Source of the DNA: a virus
Lineage: Duplodnaviria; Caudoviricetes
Strand: one strand, 5' to 3'
Length of the DNA stretch: 33,338 bases
IMG/VR virus record: IMGVR_UViG_3300037422_000264
Coordinates: 1-33,338 of that record
Shown: positions 9,618-18,792 of the stretch, one piece after another
How the letters are laid out: each line of letters begins with the position of its first letter
Position numbering within the stretch: position 1 is the stretch's first letter
The notes under the pieces: model-generated
What the model was told of the DNA's origin: nothing
The model's database searches: none
The model's input: only the letters and a program-made list of their open reading frames with translations
Translations under genes and position numbers: made by a program

Positions 9618-10724
9618 CTACGGCTGGTAGAGCGTGATCAGCTCCCAGCTCTTGCTGGCGGGATCCTCGTTGACGCTGAAGGTTGTCCCCGTCGAGTTGA
9701 ACAGGAAGGTGTCAATCGTGGCGGGGTTGTCGACCGTCGCCACAATGGCGCCCTGCCGCTTCACCAGCACGTAGTCCAGACCCGTCTGGCCCAGCTTGAA
9801 GGCCGCGCTGTCCAGCGTGATGGTGTAGGGTCCGGCACCCGTGAAGACCTTGTCGCCCGTGGCCGCGAAGACGCCCGAGGTGTTCTGGGTCGGGGGGGTG
9901 TTCGCGGTGGTGCTCGGGAGCGCCGTCACCGAGAAGGCGCCCGCCACGGCTGCGTTCCCGTAGAAGCGCTCGCCGTTGGAGCGGTTGCTCACGTAGACGT
10001 TGTAGGAAAGCACCGGGGCCACAATGGCCGGGATGGTCACCGTCACGAGATTGGTGTCCGTTCCGGTGGGGATGTGGATCGCCGCCTCGTTGCTCACCGT
10101 TGTCTCGCCCGCCGCCGTCACCGCCGTGATCTGCACGTAGACCGTGTCGTTGCCGGCGAGGAAGCCGCCCACCGCCGCCGTGGCCAGGGCCGGGTCGCTG
10201 GGGGCCGCTTGCTGCGTTGTCGCCCCGCGCCCGCGGGTGTACTGCATGGCCAAGCCGGGGAACATGATGCCGTTGAGGCACTCGAAGTCGAGGGAGCGCT
10301 TGGCGCCTTCCTTCACGGCCTGGGTGAATGGGTTGCCCGAGGGGGTGCAGCCGTAAAGCAGCATGCTGCCCTTGACCTTGCCGTCGAGCCCCATGAGGTT
10401 CATGAAGACGTCGAAATTGGCGAACACCGCCGGGTTCAGCATTTGGGTGGCGACGCTGGGGTCGATGTCCATCAAGGCCGCGCTGATCAGCCCCTGGTTG
10501 CTTTCCATGAAGCTGATCTTGCCAGTGCCGCCGTCGAAAGTGGTGTAGGTCAGCGCGTCGACCTTGTTGTCAAACTCGGGGATGCGCTTGTTGCTCAGCT
10601 TGGGGGTGAACTCCATGCTGTCCACGAGGTTTGGCCGGATCACGCCGTGGTTGGCGCTGACGATCCTGAGCTGGTTGCGCTGCCCAGTGAAGATCGACAG
10701 CGGGTTGCGTGTGTCTGCGGGCAT
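9618..10724 (-). CDS. Major tail tube protein with C-terminal Ig/FnIII-like extension
   Basis: Gene order; AAGGAGG RBS; VYVQITAVTAAGET...SYNVYVS FnIII-like pattern. Confidence 0.75.
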   Translation of the reverse strand: MPADTRNPLSIFTGQRNQLRIVSANHGVIRPNLVDSMEFTPKLSNKRIPEFDNKVDALTYTTFDGGTGKISFMESNQGLISAALMDIDPSVATQMLNPAVFANFDVFMNLMGLDGKVKGSMLLYGCTPSGNPFTQAVKEGAKRSLDFECLNGIMFPGLAMQYTRGRGATTQQAAPSDPALATAAVGGFLAGNDTVYVQITAVTAAGETTVSNEAAIHIPTGTDTNLVTVTIPAIVAPVLSYNVYVSNRSNGERFYGNAAVAGAFSVTALPSTTANTPPTQNTSGVFAATGDKVFTGAGPYTITLDSAAFKLGQTGLDYVLVKRQGAIVATVDNPATIDTFLFNSTGTTFSVNEDPASKSWELITLYQP

Positions 10725-10739
10725 GGTGTTCCTCCTTGG

Positions 10740-11330
10740 CTAGTTAAGCTCAAACCATTCCAGCCGCACCAGCAACCGGATGGTGTGAATTTGCGGGGTG
10801 TTCTCATCCGGGGGGATGTAACTCTCCTGGATGGCGTTCTCTTGCTCTAGGGGCACGCGGGCGATGATGCCGGTCTCGGCTTGGGCATTCTCGAAGTCCA
10901 GCACCTTGATCGGCTCCACGGCCACGGCGCCCGTCTCGTCGTTGGCGACCCCGGCCTGCACGAGCCCGGCCCGGATGCGGTCGCGGATTTTATAGGCGTT
11001 GCGCAGGGCCTCGTTGTCGGTGCCCGAGTCGGTCTGGATGTCGATCTGAAACAGCGCCGCGTTCAGGGAGCCGTGCTTGGCCGGATCCGCGAGGGGGTAG
11101 GTGCTGGCCGGGAAGACGTTCATGCCGAAGAAGCCGGCGCCCGGCTGGAAATACTGCAGCTCGACCACGCCCACGCTGGCGTACTTCTTGGCGTTGGAGT
11201 TGTCGGCCAGAAAGGCGTAGCGGAAGACCGACCCGGCGCCGTAGGGCACCTCGGTCTGCAGCCAGCTCTTGAAGCTGGCCAGCAGGTTCCGCTTTCCCGT
11301 GGGGTTGGTGTATGTCAGTGCTATGGGCAT
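10740..11330 (-). CDS. Tail terminator protein (putative)
   Basis: Between the gp10-like gene and tail tube; FQIDIQ motif, typical size. Confidence 0.6.
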   Translation of the reverse strand: MPIALTYTNPTGKRNLLASFKSWLQTEVPYGAGSVFRYAFLADNSNAKKYASVGVVELQYFQPGAGFFGMNVFPASTYPLADPAKHGSLNAALFQIDIQTDSGTDNEALRNAYKIRDRIRAGLVQAGVANDETGAVAVEPIKVLDFENAQAETGIIARVPLEQENAIQESYIPPDENTPQIHTIRLLVRLEWFELN

Positions 11331-11909
11331 TTAGTTTTCCGGCCTCGGCTCGTCGCTGAAGTCCGGCGGGATCCAGCCCGCCTTCCTTGCTGCGGTGATG
11401 AAGTTCTCGAAGTTCTTGTTGATCAGGCGCATGGCGTCCTGGGCTGCCAGCTCGAGGTAGTGGCTCTGGGCGTTCACCTTGACCGCGTATTCCACGTTGG
11501 TGCCCACGGTGGTGATCAGGGCGCTCTCCCTGAAGAAGCCTTCCCGCTTGCCCTCGCTTATGGAGTCCAGCTTCAAAACCCTGCGCACCGCTGCCGCCGC
11601 CCGGCCCAGCGCCGACTTGGGGCGGCTGCGCACCAGCGTCTTGTCGCTCAGGAAGCGTCGGTATGAGGCCTGCTTGCCCCAGCGGTCGAGGTAGGGCGTC
11701 CAGCTCCCGCGCAGGCGCCCGGTGTCCACGGGGGTGTAGCGCAGAAGCTGGATGAGAATCTCGAACACCGTCTTGCGGTGCACCTTGAGCGCCGCCTTCT
11801 CGAACTCCACGTGCTGGCCGTCCATGTATTTCACCATCTGACGGAGCGTGTCGTCTTTCAACTCAGCGGTGGCCGTGGTCATGGTGGCTTGGATGGATAT
11901 CGCGCTCAT
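11331..11909 (-). CDS. HK97 gp10-like tail completion/neck protein
   Basis: TPVDTGRLRGSW and VGTNVEYA motifs. Confidence 0.85.
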   Translation of the reverse strand: MSAISIQATMTTATAELKDDTLRQMVKYMDGQHVEFEKAALKVHRKTVFEILIQLLRYTPVDTGRLRGSWTPYLDRWGKQASYRRFLSDKTLVRSRPKSALGRAAAAVRRVLKLDSISEGKREGFFRESALITTVGTNVEYAVKVNAQSHYLELAAQDAMRLINKNFENFITAARKAGWIPPDFSDEPRPEN

Positions 11910-12352
11910 GTCTTTTGCTGCCTCAGCGTGACGCTCCAGTAGTACTGCCCGCCGTAGTGGATCCGCTCGGGGTGGCCGACGATCTTGTAATCGCGGCCCC
12001 GGAACACCACCACGTCGCTGTAGCGCCCGGCGTCCTGATCGTCCCCATTGACCTCGTCGATGGGGCCGCTCTCGCTGCCGTAGACCTGCAACCGGAACTG
12101 GGCCTTGAGGTCGCCTATGATGAGGAAGCCTCCGCTGGCTGCGGCCTCTTGGGCGCTCAGGCTCTCGATCAGCGCCGTGGTGCTCACCAGCGTGTAGTCC
12201 TTGGTGGGGGCCACGCCGTCGACCTCATCGCCGCCCGTGGTGCCCGTGAAGCGCTTGAGCTGCACGGCTTCCTCAAAGGCGCCCTGTACCTCGGCCATGC
12301 CTTCGTCGAAAAACTCCCCGTCCGGGTAGGCGGTGCTCGGGATCATCACCAT
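11906..12352 (-). CDS. Head closure (stopper) protein
   Basis: Gene order; DVVVFRGRDYKIVG...TLR C-terminal pattern. Confidence 0.7.
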   Translation of the reverse strand: MVMIPSTAYPDGEFFDEGMAEVQGAFEEAVQLKRFTGTTGGDEVDGVAPTKDYTLVSTTALIESLSAQEAAASGGFLIIGDLKAQFRLQVYGSESGPIDEVNGDDQDAGRYSDVVVFRGRDYKIVGHPERIHYGGQYYWSVTLRQQKT

Positions 12353-12353
12353 C

Positions 12354-13025
12354 TCAGCGCCTCGGTTCCCAGTACCGGCTGCCGCGTGCGGGGCCTGTGT
12401 AGGCGAAAGCCGGGGCCTTGTTCTGGTCGAAGCGCTCGGGCACCGCGAGGCGCCCTTCCTTGGCCTGCTTCTCCCAGCCGTCGGCCTGCTCCATAAACTT
12501 GCGGCTCACTTGATCCTTGTTGAAGCTCTTGTTTCCCGCGTTGGCGCTGTAGTACCAATGCGTCAGGCTGGCCAGGGCCCGGGAGGCCTGGGCTGCCGCG
12601 TACTGGGCCACGGGCAGGGCGTAGGCGTCCTGAAAGCCGGTGCTATCGGTCAGGGCGGTCACCGTGGAAACGTCGCCCACGAAGTTGGCGCCGAGGCGGT
12701 AGAAGTCCAGCCATTCCTCGTCGGTCGCCATCTCGAAATAGTAGCGGAACTCGACTTGCGCGAGGCTGGCCGGGGCTGCGGTCAGGGTCACCAGCCCGGC
12801 GCTCTGGTCGAGGCTGGCGATGGCCACCGCCGCGCCGTTCACCAAGGCGGCCACGTTGCTGGGCGCGCCATCAGCTGCCTGCAGCAGGTTGCGGTTGCGC
12901 ACCTGAAAAACGAGGTTCACGCCGTTGGCCTGCTCGTTCAGGAACTCCCGCACGTAGTGCCCGTCCTTGCGGTCGTGCATCAAGGCGCGGGCGCGGTCGA
13001 CGATCTGTGAAACAAGCAGGCTCAC
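12354..13025 (-). CDS. Head-tail adaptor/connector (putative)
   Basis: GTG coupled start; helical adaptor-like termini around a beta-rich insert (GLVTLTAAP); precedes the stopper. Confidence 0.6.
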   Translation of the reverse strand: MSLLVSQIVDRARALMHDRKDGHYVREFLNEQANGVNLVFQVRNRNLLQAADGAPSNVAALVNGAAVAIASLDQSAGLVTLTAAPASLAQVEFRYYFEMATDEEWLDFYRLGANFVGDVSTVTALTDSTGFQDAYALPVAQYAAAQASRALASLTHWYYSANAGNKSFNKDQVSRKFMEQADGWEKQAKEGRLAVPERFDQNKAPAFAYTGPARGSRYWEPRR

Positions 13026-13204
13026 TTTTTCACCGCCATCTCAAAAACCATCATACCCACTCCGACGACCACGCCGCCGAAGGTGCAAAGGATCCAGAAC
13101 TGGAGCCGGTCGAGCTTCTCGGCCACGCTCTGCACGTCGCGGTCGAGGGTTTCCACCTTGGTCTCGACGGCTGTGACTCGCTCCCCGATGGCGGTTTCGT
13201 TCAT
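13022..13204 (-). CDS. Small coiled-coil + TM protein (XhlA/holin-like)
   Basis: ERVTAVETKVETLDRD coiled coil, then WILCTFGGVVVGVGMMVF; AGGAGG RBS. Confidence 0.7.
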   Translation of the reverse strand: MNETAIGERVTAVETKVETLDRDVQSVAEKLDRLQFWILCTFGGVVVGVGMMVFEMAVKK

Positions 13205-13896
13205 TCGCCCCTCCTGCGGCGATCCAGAACTATGGATCCTATGTTGTCGGGGTCGACCGTCGGGAAGCTTGTACGCGCCACGTTGCTGATCCTCATTTCG
13301 TCGACGTAGCCGTCCAGCGCAAAGGTGGGGAAGGCCAGGGACGAGCGACCGACAAAAGAATCGGTGACCGTTCCAAAGGTCGCCCCGCTGGCTGCCGAGG
13401 CGATGAGGGAGTGCGGCCCCAGCTCCCCGCCGGAATAAAGCGCCTTGTAAACGCTCACCGAACTGCCGTCGCAAACCACCGCCACGTGGTAGGTGTTGCC
13501 CACCACAAACTCCCCGTCGGCGCTCTGGGCCAGAACTGGCCGCGCAAAAAGGCGGTGGAACTTTCCGGCGCCTTCAAAGGGCGGTGGCAGAATTTCAAAA
13601 AACGCCAGCCCGTCGTCCACGCTAAGAAGCACGATGGGGCTGTTCGCCACGCTGTTCGGCGTGACGTAAAACTCCCACGTCCACACGGACAGGCCGCTCA
13701 GCGCCGCATTGAATCCGGCTGGAGTGTTGAAATAATCCGTGTCGGTGAAAGGGCCGGCCTGGTAAGCGCCACCTGCCGGGCCGCCCGCTTGGAATGGGAC
13801 GGTACCCACTTCGACAAGGTCGTACCCGTTGCCCGAGGAGTCGAGGCCGTTGTTTTCGAACTCGTAAAGCGCGATAGTGCCCGGTGCTATTGGCAT
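13201..13896 (-). CDS. LamG/concanavalin A-like lectin domain virion protein
   Basis: ALYEFENNGLDSSGNG, WTWEFYV, TYHVAVV, LDGYVDEMRISNVAR. Confidence 0.88.
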   Translation of the reverse strand: MPIAPGTIALYEFENNGLDSSGNGYDLVEVGTVPFQAGGPAGGAYQAGPFTDTDYFNTPAGFNAALSGLSVWTWEFYVTPNSVANSPIVLLSVDDGLAFFEILPPPFEGAGKFHRLFARPVLAQSADGEFVVGNTYHVAVVCDGSSVSVYKALYSGGELGPHSLIASAASGATFGTVTDSFVGRSSLAFPTFALDGYVDEMRISNVARTSFPTVDPDNIGSIVLDRRRRGE

Positions 13897-14093
13897 CAAA
13901 CCACCTCGCACTGGGCAGCGAGCCTAGCCGTGGCTTCGGGCGTGGCGCTGCGCACTTGAATGATGGCGTGTCCGTCTTCATAGTAGACGGAGCAATTCAC
14001 GCCCTCGAGGCTCACCACCGGCACATTCTCGTCGGCCTGTGCCTTGGCGCAGCGGTAAGTGGCGATGACCGGGGGGGGAGGGTCGCCCATCAT
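13896..14093 (-). CDS. Hypothetical protein (65 aa)
   Basis: Fills the gap exactly; TGATG coupling to the LamG gene. Confidence 0.5.
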   Translation of the reverse strand: MMGDPPPPVIATYRCAKAQADENVPVVSLEGVNCSVYYEDGHAIIQVRSATPEATARLAAQCEVV

Positions 14094-14097
14094 CGGC

Positions 14098-14466
14098 TTA
14101 TCTCTTGGCCACGAGGTTCACGTTCACCGAAGTCACCGCCACGCTGGCCCTTGGCCGGATGTAGCGGGTGAGCTCCAGAATTTGCTTGAGCCCCGCAGCC
14201 GCGAAAGAAAGCGCCGCGCCCGTCGGGTCTGTCAGGGTGAACCAGTTGCTGCCGTCGTTGGATCCCTCGATCAACACCGTGCCGCCGCCAAATGTTCCAG
14301 AAACTTGCACCGATCTGTCGGAGCCCTGGGGATTCTGCACGTAGGTGGGCCCCGTGGTGCTCAACACGCCGGTGTCGGTGCCCGTCAGAGTCCAGTCGTC
14401 GAGCTGTACATCTTTGCCAAACGCCCCGACCGTATGTTGCCGTTCCGTTGCTGCGACATTTGCCAT
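14098..14466 (-). CDS. Small beta-sandwich virion (capsid accessory) protein
   Basis: VQVSGTFGGGTVLIEGSNDGSNWFTL...RYIRP; AAGGAG RBS. Confidence 0.7.
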   Translation of the reverse strand: MANVAATERQHTVGAFGKDVQLDDWTLTGTDTGVLSTTGPTYVQNPQGSDRSVQVSGTFGGGTVLIEGSNDGSNWFTLTDPTGAALSFAAAGLKQILELTRYIRPRASVAVTSVNVNLVAKR

Positions 14467-14475
14467 GTCGTCTCC

Positions 14476-14946
14476 TTAAATCTTGGCTCCCTGCTTGCGG
14501 AGCTCGGCTTGGGCTTTGTCGATCTCCAGCGGCTCGCCCGGGAGCACGCCGATGTAGGCCACCTTCAGCTTCTTGAAAACGGCCTCTTTGGTCTTGAGCT
14601 CGGCCTTGGTGTAGGGGTAGTCGATGGCCACCTTTTGGGTGGGGAACCAGTACGAAACGATCAGCCGATTGCCGTCATCGTCTTGCCACGTGGGCAGGCC
14701 CCAATTCCCGATGCTGTAGTTGTCGCCCACGACGATCTGCTCGGGGGTGACCGCCTTGCCTCCCTGGGCGCCCCGGACACTCCGGCCTTCGTCCTCGTTG
14801 CGCTCCTCGTCTTTCCAGTCTTTCGGCGTGCGGGCCGGGGGCTGGGGCGCTTTGCTTTTTGGCTGCTTGGCTTTGATAGTGCGGTGGGCCGGGGCACCAG
14901 CTTCCCGGCTGCGTGTCGCTTTTGGTGCTGTTTTCGTTGCGGGCAT
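14476..14946 (-). CDS. Hypothetical protein with basic disordered N-terminus
   Basis: AGGAGG RBS; GC-rich codon usage. Confidence 0.7.
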   Translation of the reverse strand: MPATKTAPKATRSREAGAPAHRTIKAKQPKSKAPQPPARTPKDWKDEERNEDEGRSVRGAQGGKAVTPEQIVVGDNYSIGNWGLPTWQDDDGNRLIVSYWFPTQKVAIDYPYTKAELKTKEAVFKKLKVAYIGVLPGEPLEIDKAQAELRKQGAKI

Positions 14947-14961
14947 GATGGGTGCCCTCCT

Positions 14962-15004
14962 AAAAGAACCGAGGGGCCGGGCCTTTGTCGACCGGGCCCC
15001 TCGG
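14962..15004 (-). terminator. Rho-independent terminator after the major capsid gene
   Basis: CCGAGGGGCC...GGCCCCTCGG stem followed by TTCTTTT on the minus strand. Confidence 0.75.
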
Positions 15005-15032
15005 GGTTATTGCTGCTTCAGCTCAGTTCGGC

Positions 15033-16313
15033 TTACTGCAGGCCGGTCACGGAGCCGTCGTTGCCGAGCCAGACAAACCGGGCATCGACGAAGTCGAACT
15101 CCCAGCGGCTCCGACTGCGCCAGCGGATGCTGTCGAGGTCGAAGCTGTCCCCTGAGTTCGGCACTTCCTGCACCACGCTCATGGGGGCGCGGCGCTGGAA
15201 GACGGGGCCCTTCTTTTTCTCCATCAAGCTCCACGCCCAGTCGCGGTAGAAGTAGTTCACCGAGAATGAAACGAGGCCCTTGAAGACGTTCTTGGCGAAG
15301 GCGCCAGCCAAGCCGCCAGCCGTGGCCGTGGAGGCCGTCTGGCCGCTCAGGCCCTGCACCGCCGGCCAGTAGTCGCTCTCGACCAGCGTGCGGACGTTGA
15401 GCGCGTCCTGGGTGCTCACCACCAGGTGGTTCGGGCGCACAAGGATCTTGATGCCCTTGGGGTCGAGCGCGTTCATCAATGCGGTCATGCCCTGCTTGAA
15501 CGTGATGGTGTTGAGCTGCGCGAAGGCCGCGGGGCGGTTGCCCGATCCCGTGGTGTACATGTTCACCGAGAACGGCGTGGTGATCGTGGTGCCTGCCGCG
15601 TTGCGGGTCTGGTACTGCGACGCGGGCACCACGAAGTCGGCCACGGTGTAGTTGCTCAGGCCCTGCATGCGGCCTGCCACGTAGATTTCCTCGATGATGC
15701 GCTGCGCCTCGCCCAGGCTCTGGGCCCGGGTGCGGATCTGGCCGGTCTGGTCGTCTTCCCACAGCTCGGCTTCGAAGCTCTCGCCGCCCATGAACTTCTT
15801 GTTGATGAGCTCGATGTCTTCGCCCGAAATCGGCTGCTCCTTGTAGGGCTGCTGGGGGCGGGTCAGCTTGGGCAGGCTCGCCCGGTGGAGCGGGGCGTAG
15901 AACTCCTGGCGCTTGTCGCTGCTGACCTCCTGGACGTATTCGGGCCAGCTCACCGGCGTGCGCAGGTACCAGTCATTGGCGATGACCTGGACCCCGGCGC
16001 GCAGGAGCTGCCCAAAGGCCGAGCTGGAGTTCGCTTCGCCCAGCTCCACGAAGTTCTCGTGGGCCATGTCGGCGAGCTTGTCCCAGCCGTCCCAGCCTTC
16101 CTGCAGGAACATGGGGCTCATCTCCTCGATGGCCGATGCGATGGCTTCGTTCAGCCGCACGCCCATGCCTTCCTTGCCGCGGGCTTCCTTGAGGTACTTC
16201 AGGTCGGCCACGCGGATGATGTTTCCCTGGCGGCCTTCCTGGAGGCGGGCCCCGCCGGCCGCCTGCCGGCCTTCGGCGAGCGCCTCGATGATGTCTTGTG
16301 CTTTGAGCTTCAT
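15033..16313 (-). CDS. Major capsid protein (HK97 fold, Mu gpT-like)
   Basis: 426 aa after protease and decoration genes; ELWEDDQTGQI, IKILVRPNHLVV, RWRSRSRWEFDFVDARF. Confidence 0.88.
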   Translation of the reverse strand: MKLKAQDIIEALAEGRQAAGGARLQEGRQGNIIRVADLKYLKEARGKEGMGVRLNEAIASAIEEMSPMFLQEGWDGWDKLADMAHENFVELGEANSSSAFGQLLRAGVQVIANDWYLRTPVSWPEYVQEVSSDKRQEFYAPLHRASLPKLTRPQQPYKEQPISGEDIELINKKFMGGESFEAELWEDDQTGQIRTRAQSLGEAQRIIEEIYVAGRMQGLSNYTVADFVVPASQYQTRNAAGTTITTPFSVNMYTTGSGNRPAAFAQLNTITFKQGMTALMNALDPKGIKILVRPNHLVVSTQDALNVRTLVESDYWPAVQGLSGQTASTATAGGLAGAFAKNVFKGLVSFSVNYFYRDWAWSLMEKKKGPVFQRRAPMSVVQEVPNSGDSFDLDSIRWRSRSRWEFDFVDARFVWLGNDGSVTGLQ

Positions 16314-16328
16314 GGTTTGGGGTCTCCT

Positions 16329-16805
16329 TTAGGACGCGAAGTCGGGCGACGGGAAGTTGACGCGGATGCGCACCTGCACCTTGTCGCCAGCCGCGACCAC
16401 TTGGTCGTTGCTGTCGTCGGGCCAGAAGAAGCCGATGACGTCGGCCACGGTGGTGCCGCCCGGGGCCGCTTTGACCACGGTCTGGGAGTCGGCGCCGAGG
16501 TAGAGCGCGTCGCCCATCGTGAGGGTCTCGCCTGCGGTGCCGAAGAACATGTGGGCGCCGCTCAGGCTCGCCGTCACGGAGGGGTCGGGGGTGACCACGC
16601 CGTTGTCGATGTTGCTGGAAATCGGCCATTCGCCCAGCGCCACGCCGGCGAACAGGTCGCCGTTGGCGGCCGCGGTCAGAGGACGGAAGGTCTTGGTCGC
16701 CGCGTCCCAGTAGAGCATGTCGCCCGGGTTGACGGTGTCCGTGGTGGTGATCTTGAGGGGCCAGGGCCCGACCTGGCTGAGGTAGTTGTAGTTCGGTGCG
16801 GTCAT
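16329..16805 (-). CDS. Capsid decoration/cement protein
   Basis: VNPGDMLYWD, FAGVAL, GDALYL, KVQVRI; lies between scaffold and capsid. Confidence 0.75.
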   Translation of the reverse strand: MTAPNYNYLSQVGPWPLKITTTDTVNPGDMLYWDAATKTFRPLTAAANGDLFAGVALGEWPISSNIDNGVVTPDPSVTASLSGAHMFFGTAGETLTMGDALYLGADSQTVVKAAPGGTTVADVIGFFWPDDSNDQVVAAGDKVQVRIRVNFPSPDFAS

Positions 16806-16827
16806 GGTTCAGTTCTCCAGGTTGGGG

Positions 16828-18645
16828 TTATTCAAGGCCCGCTTCGGCCTTCATGGCTTTGATCGACTCGGACAGCTTGGCGCTCTTGGAGGAGCCGCCG
16901 CCCTTGGCGCCTGCCGGGATCACCACGCGCCCACCGGCGGCTTCGATCATGGCCTGCGTCTTCTCGATCTCGCGCTTCATCTCGCTCTCGGTCATGCCGA
17001 GCAGGTCACCGACTTGCAGCAGCTTGACCGGCACTCCGGCCTCGCTGAGCAGGCGCGTGGCCAACTCTTTGTCTTCCGCGAGCTGCAACTTGGCCTTGGC
17101 CTCGCGCAGTTCGGTCTTGACCGCCTTGATGTCATCGCTTTTCTCGGCTTCGCTCTCCCGCACCCGGGAGGCCACGGCTTCAAAAAGTTTCGGATGCTTG
17201 ATGCGCAGCTCGTCAGCGGTCATGCTCTCGACCGCAGGCGCAGCCGCTTCTTTTCCCTTGGAGGCCGACTTGACCTTGGCGAGGCGAGCTTTGTAGGCCT
17301 CGTCGGTCTCGTCTTTTTCCTTGGGGATGAGCTTCATGAAGCCGGCCTCGTCCATGTCTTCGTCCTTGGCCTCTTTCTTCTCGCCCTCTTTGGCGGCTTC
17401 TTTGAGCTGTTTGTTGAGGTCTTCGATCTTGGCCGTGGCCGCAGCCTTGGCCTCGTCGGTCTTGGCCTCGCTGAGTTTCTTGGTTGCCTCGGTGATCTCG
17501 GCCGTCAGGGCCATGAGTTTCTTGAGCATGAGCGCTTCCTCCTTGGGGAATTTGTGCGCCGTGGCGGCGCTTTCGACTAGGGCCAGGAAGGCGCCGCCCC
17601 TTGCGGGGCGGGTCACCACGTCTACACTGTCGGCCTGGCCTACGCCGACGATGCGATTCCACTTCTGTCCCTTGTACTCGGCTTGGCCTTCTCGCACGCC
17701 GCTGCCGCAGATACTCAGCCCCGCGTACTCCTCTGGGCTGTCCGGGAAAATTTTCGAGTACTCGAGCTGGGCCTCGATCTTGGCCAGCGCCTCGTTGCCT
17801 GCCGCGCTTTCGTCGAGCACCAGCGTGCCCTCGACCGCTTTGACCGGGTCACCAGTCTTGCGGTCTCGCACCGTCACCACGTGGGTGTCGCGGTAGAAGC
17901 CGCACATCTGCCGGACGTCGCCCTCGGGCCTGTTCTTATACTCGGCCTCGCTGGCGTGGTTGACGAAGGCCCGGGCCCCGTTGTACTTCTTGGCCGCGTC
18001 TTCGATGAACTCTGCCGCGTAGTAGTTCTTGTCGCGGAGATTGCCGGGGCCCTCGGTGATCAGAATGCAGCGCACTTGGCGCTTTGGGCCGTCCAGTACC
18101 GCCGCTTCCCGGAGGCTGGTGAAGGAAGGATGGCGGTCGCGCCAGTCGCTTTCTTTCGCCTCTTGCCCGTATATTTCGAGTTCTCCGTAACTATCCAGGC
18201 TTGCCACAAAGGTGTCTTTTTTTCGCCAGACCGTTCCACCCTTATCTGTGGGCGAAGAACTATCAAAATCAACGCCCTGCCTTTTTAAAACATCTTCAGC
18301 GTGTGTCAGTGAACCCACGTTGAAAGTTTGGGCGCGTATTTTGCCTCCGCTTTTTTTATCGCCTTTGCTTCCTCCGGCGCCTGACCATTTTCCGGTTTCG
18401 TCGCGGTCTTGATCCGGGTTGTAGGCTTCCTTGGCTCCGGCCCGCTGCAGGGCGCCCATCACCGAGGCGCTCGCCGCCTCGTCGGCCTTCAACTCTGCCG
18501 GGGCGCCCTCACCTGCTTGGCCGCCCATCTGCTTGTAGACGTGGGCCACTACCGCCCAGGGGTCGCCGTAGCTGTCCCAATCGGGCTCGACCGCTTTTTT
18601 GGCCTTGTCCCACAGGCCCTCGTCTTTGACCCAGCTTGCGGGCAT
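16828..18645 (-). CDS. Prohead protease-scaffold fusion with N-terminal accessory domains
   Basis: AFVNH, GLSI, SVDVVTRPARGG protease motifs; C-terminal Lys/Glu/Ala coiled coil. Confidence 0.82.
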   Translation of the reverse strand: MPASWVKDEGLWDKAKKAVEPDWDSYGDPWAVVAHVYKQMGGQAGEGAPAELKADEAASASVMGALQRAGAKEAYNPDQDRDETGKWSGAGGSKGDKKSGGKIRAQTFNVGSLTHAEDVLKRQGVDFDSSSPTDKGGTVWRKKDTFVASLDSYGELEIYGQEAKESDWRDRHPSFTSLREAAVLDGPKRQVRCILITEGPGNLRDKNYYAAEFIEDAAKKYNGARAFVNHASEAEYKNRPEGDVRQMCGFYRDTHVVTVRDRKTGDPVKAVEGTLVLDESAAGNEALAKIEAQLEYSKIFPDSPEEYAGLSICGSGVREGQAEYKGQKWNRIVGVGQADSVDVVTRPARGGAFLALVESAATAHKFPKEEALMLKKLMALTAEITEATKKLSEAKTDEAKAAATAKIEDLNKQLKEAAKEGEKKEAKDEDMDEAGFMKLIPKEKDETDEAYKARLAKVKSASKGKEAAAPAVESMTADELRIKHPKLFEAVASRVRESEAEKSDDIKAVKTELREAKAKLQLAEDKELATRLLSEAGVPVKLLQVGDLLGMTESEMKREIEKTQAMIEAAGGRVVIPAGAKGGGSSKSAKLSESIKAMKAEAGLE

Positions 18646-18660
18646 CGTGCCCCTTAAACG

Positions 18661-18717
18661 AAAAAAGGGGCGGTTGCCCTCGCTCGCCTCATCGGCTCCG
18701 CGCTGGGCACCGCCCCT
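18661..18717 (-). terminator. Long GC hairpin + U tract in the leader of the head operon
   Basis: AGGGGCGGTGCCC...GGGCAACCGCCCC then TTTTTT. Confidence 0.65.
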
Positions 18718-18752
18718 AGTCAGGTGGTGGCCGCCTCTTTAATCGTAGGCCC

Positions 18753-18782
18753 CTTTTAACACGCCACTATATTTGGTGTCAA
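18753..18782 (-). promoter_or_regulatory. Sigma70-like promoter for head genes
   Basis: TTGACA (18782-18777), 18-nt spacer ending TGT, TAAAAG; upstream A tract; AT-rich gap. Confidence 0.55.
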
Positions 18783-18792
18783 ACTTTTTTCG

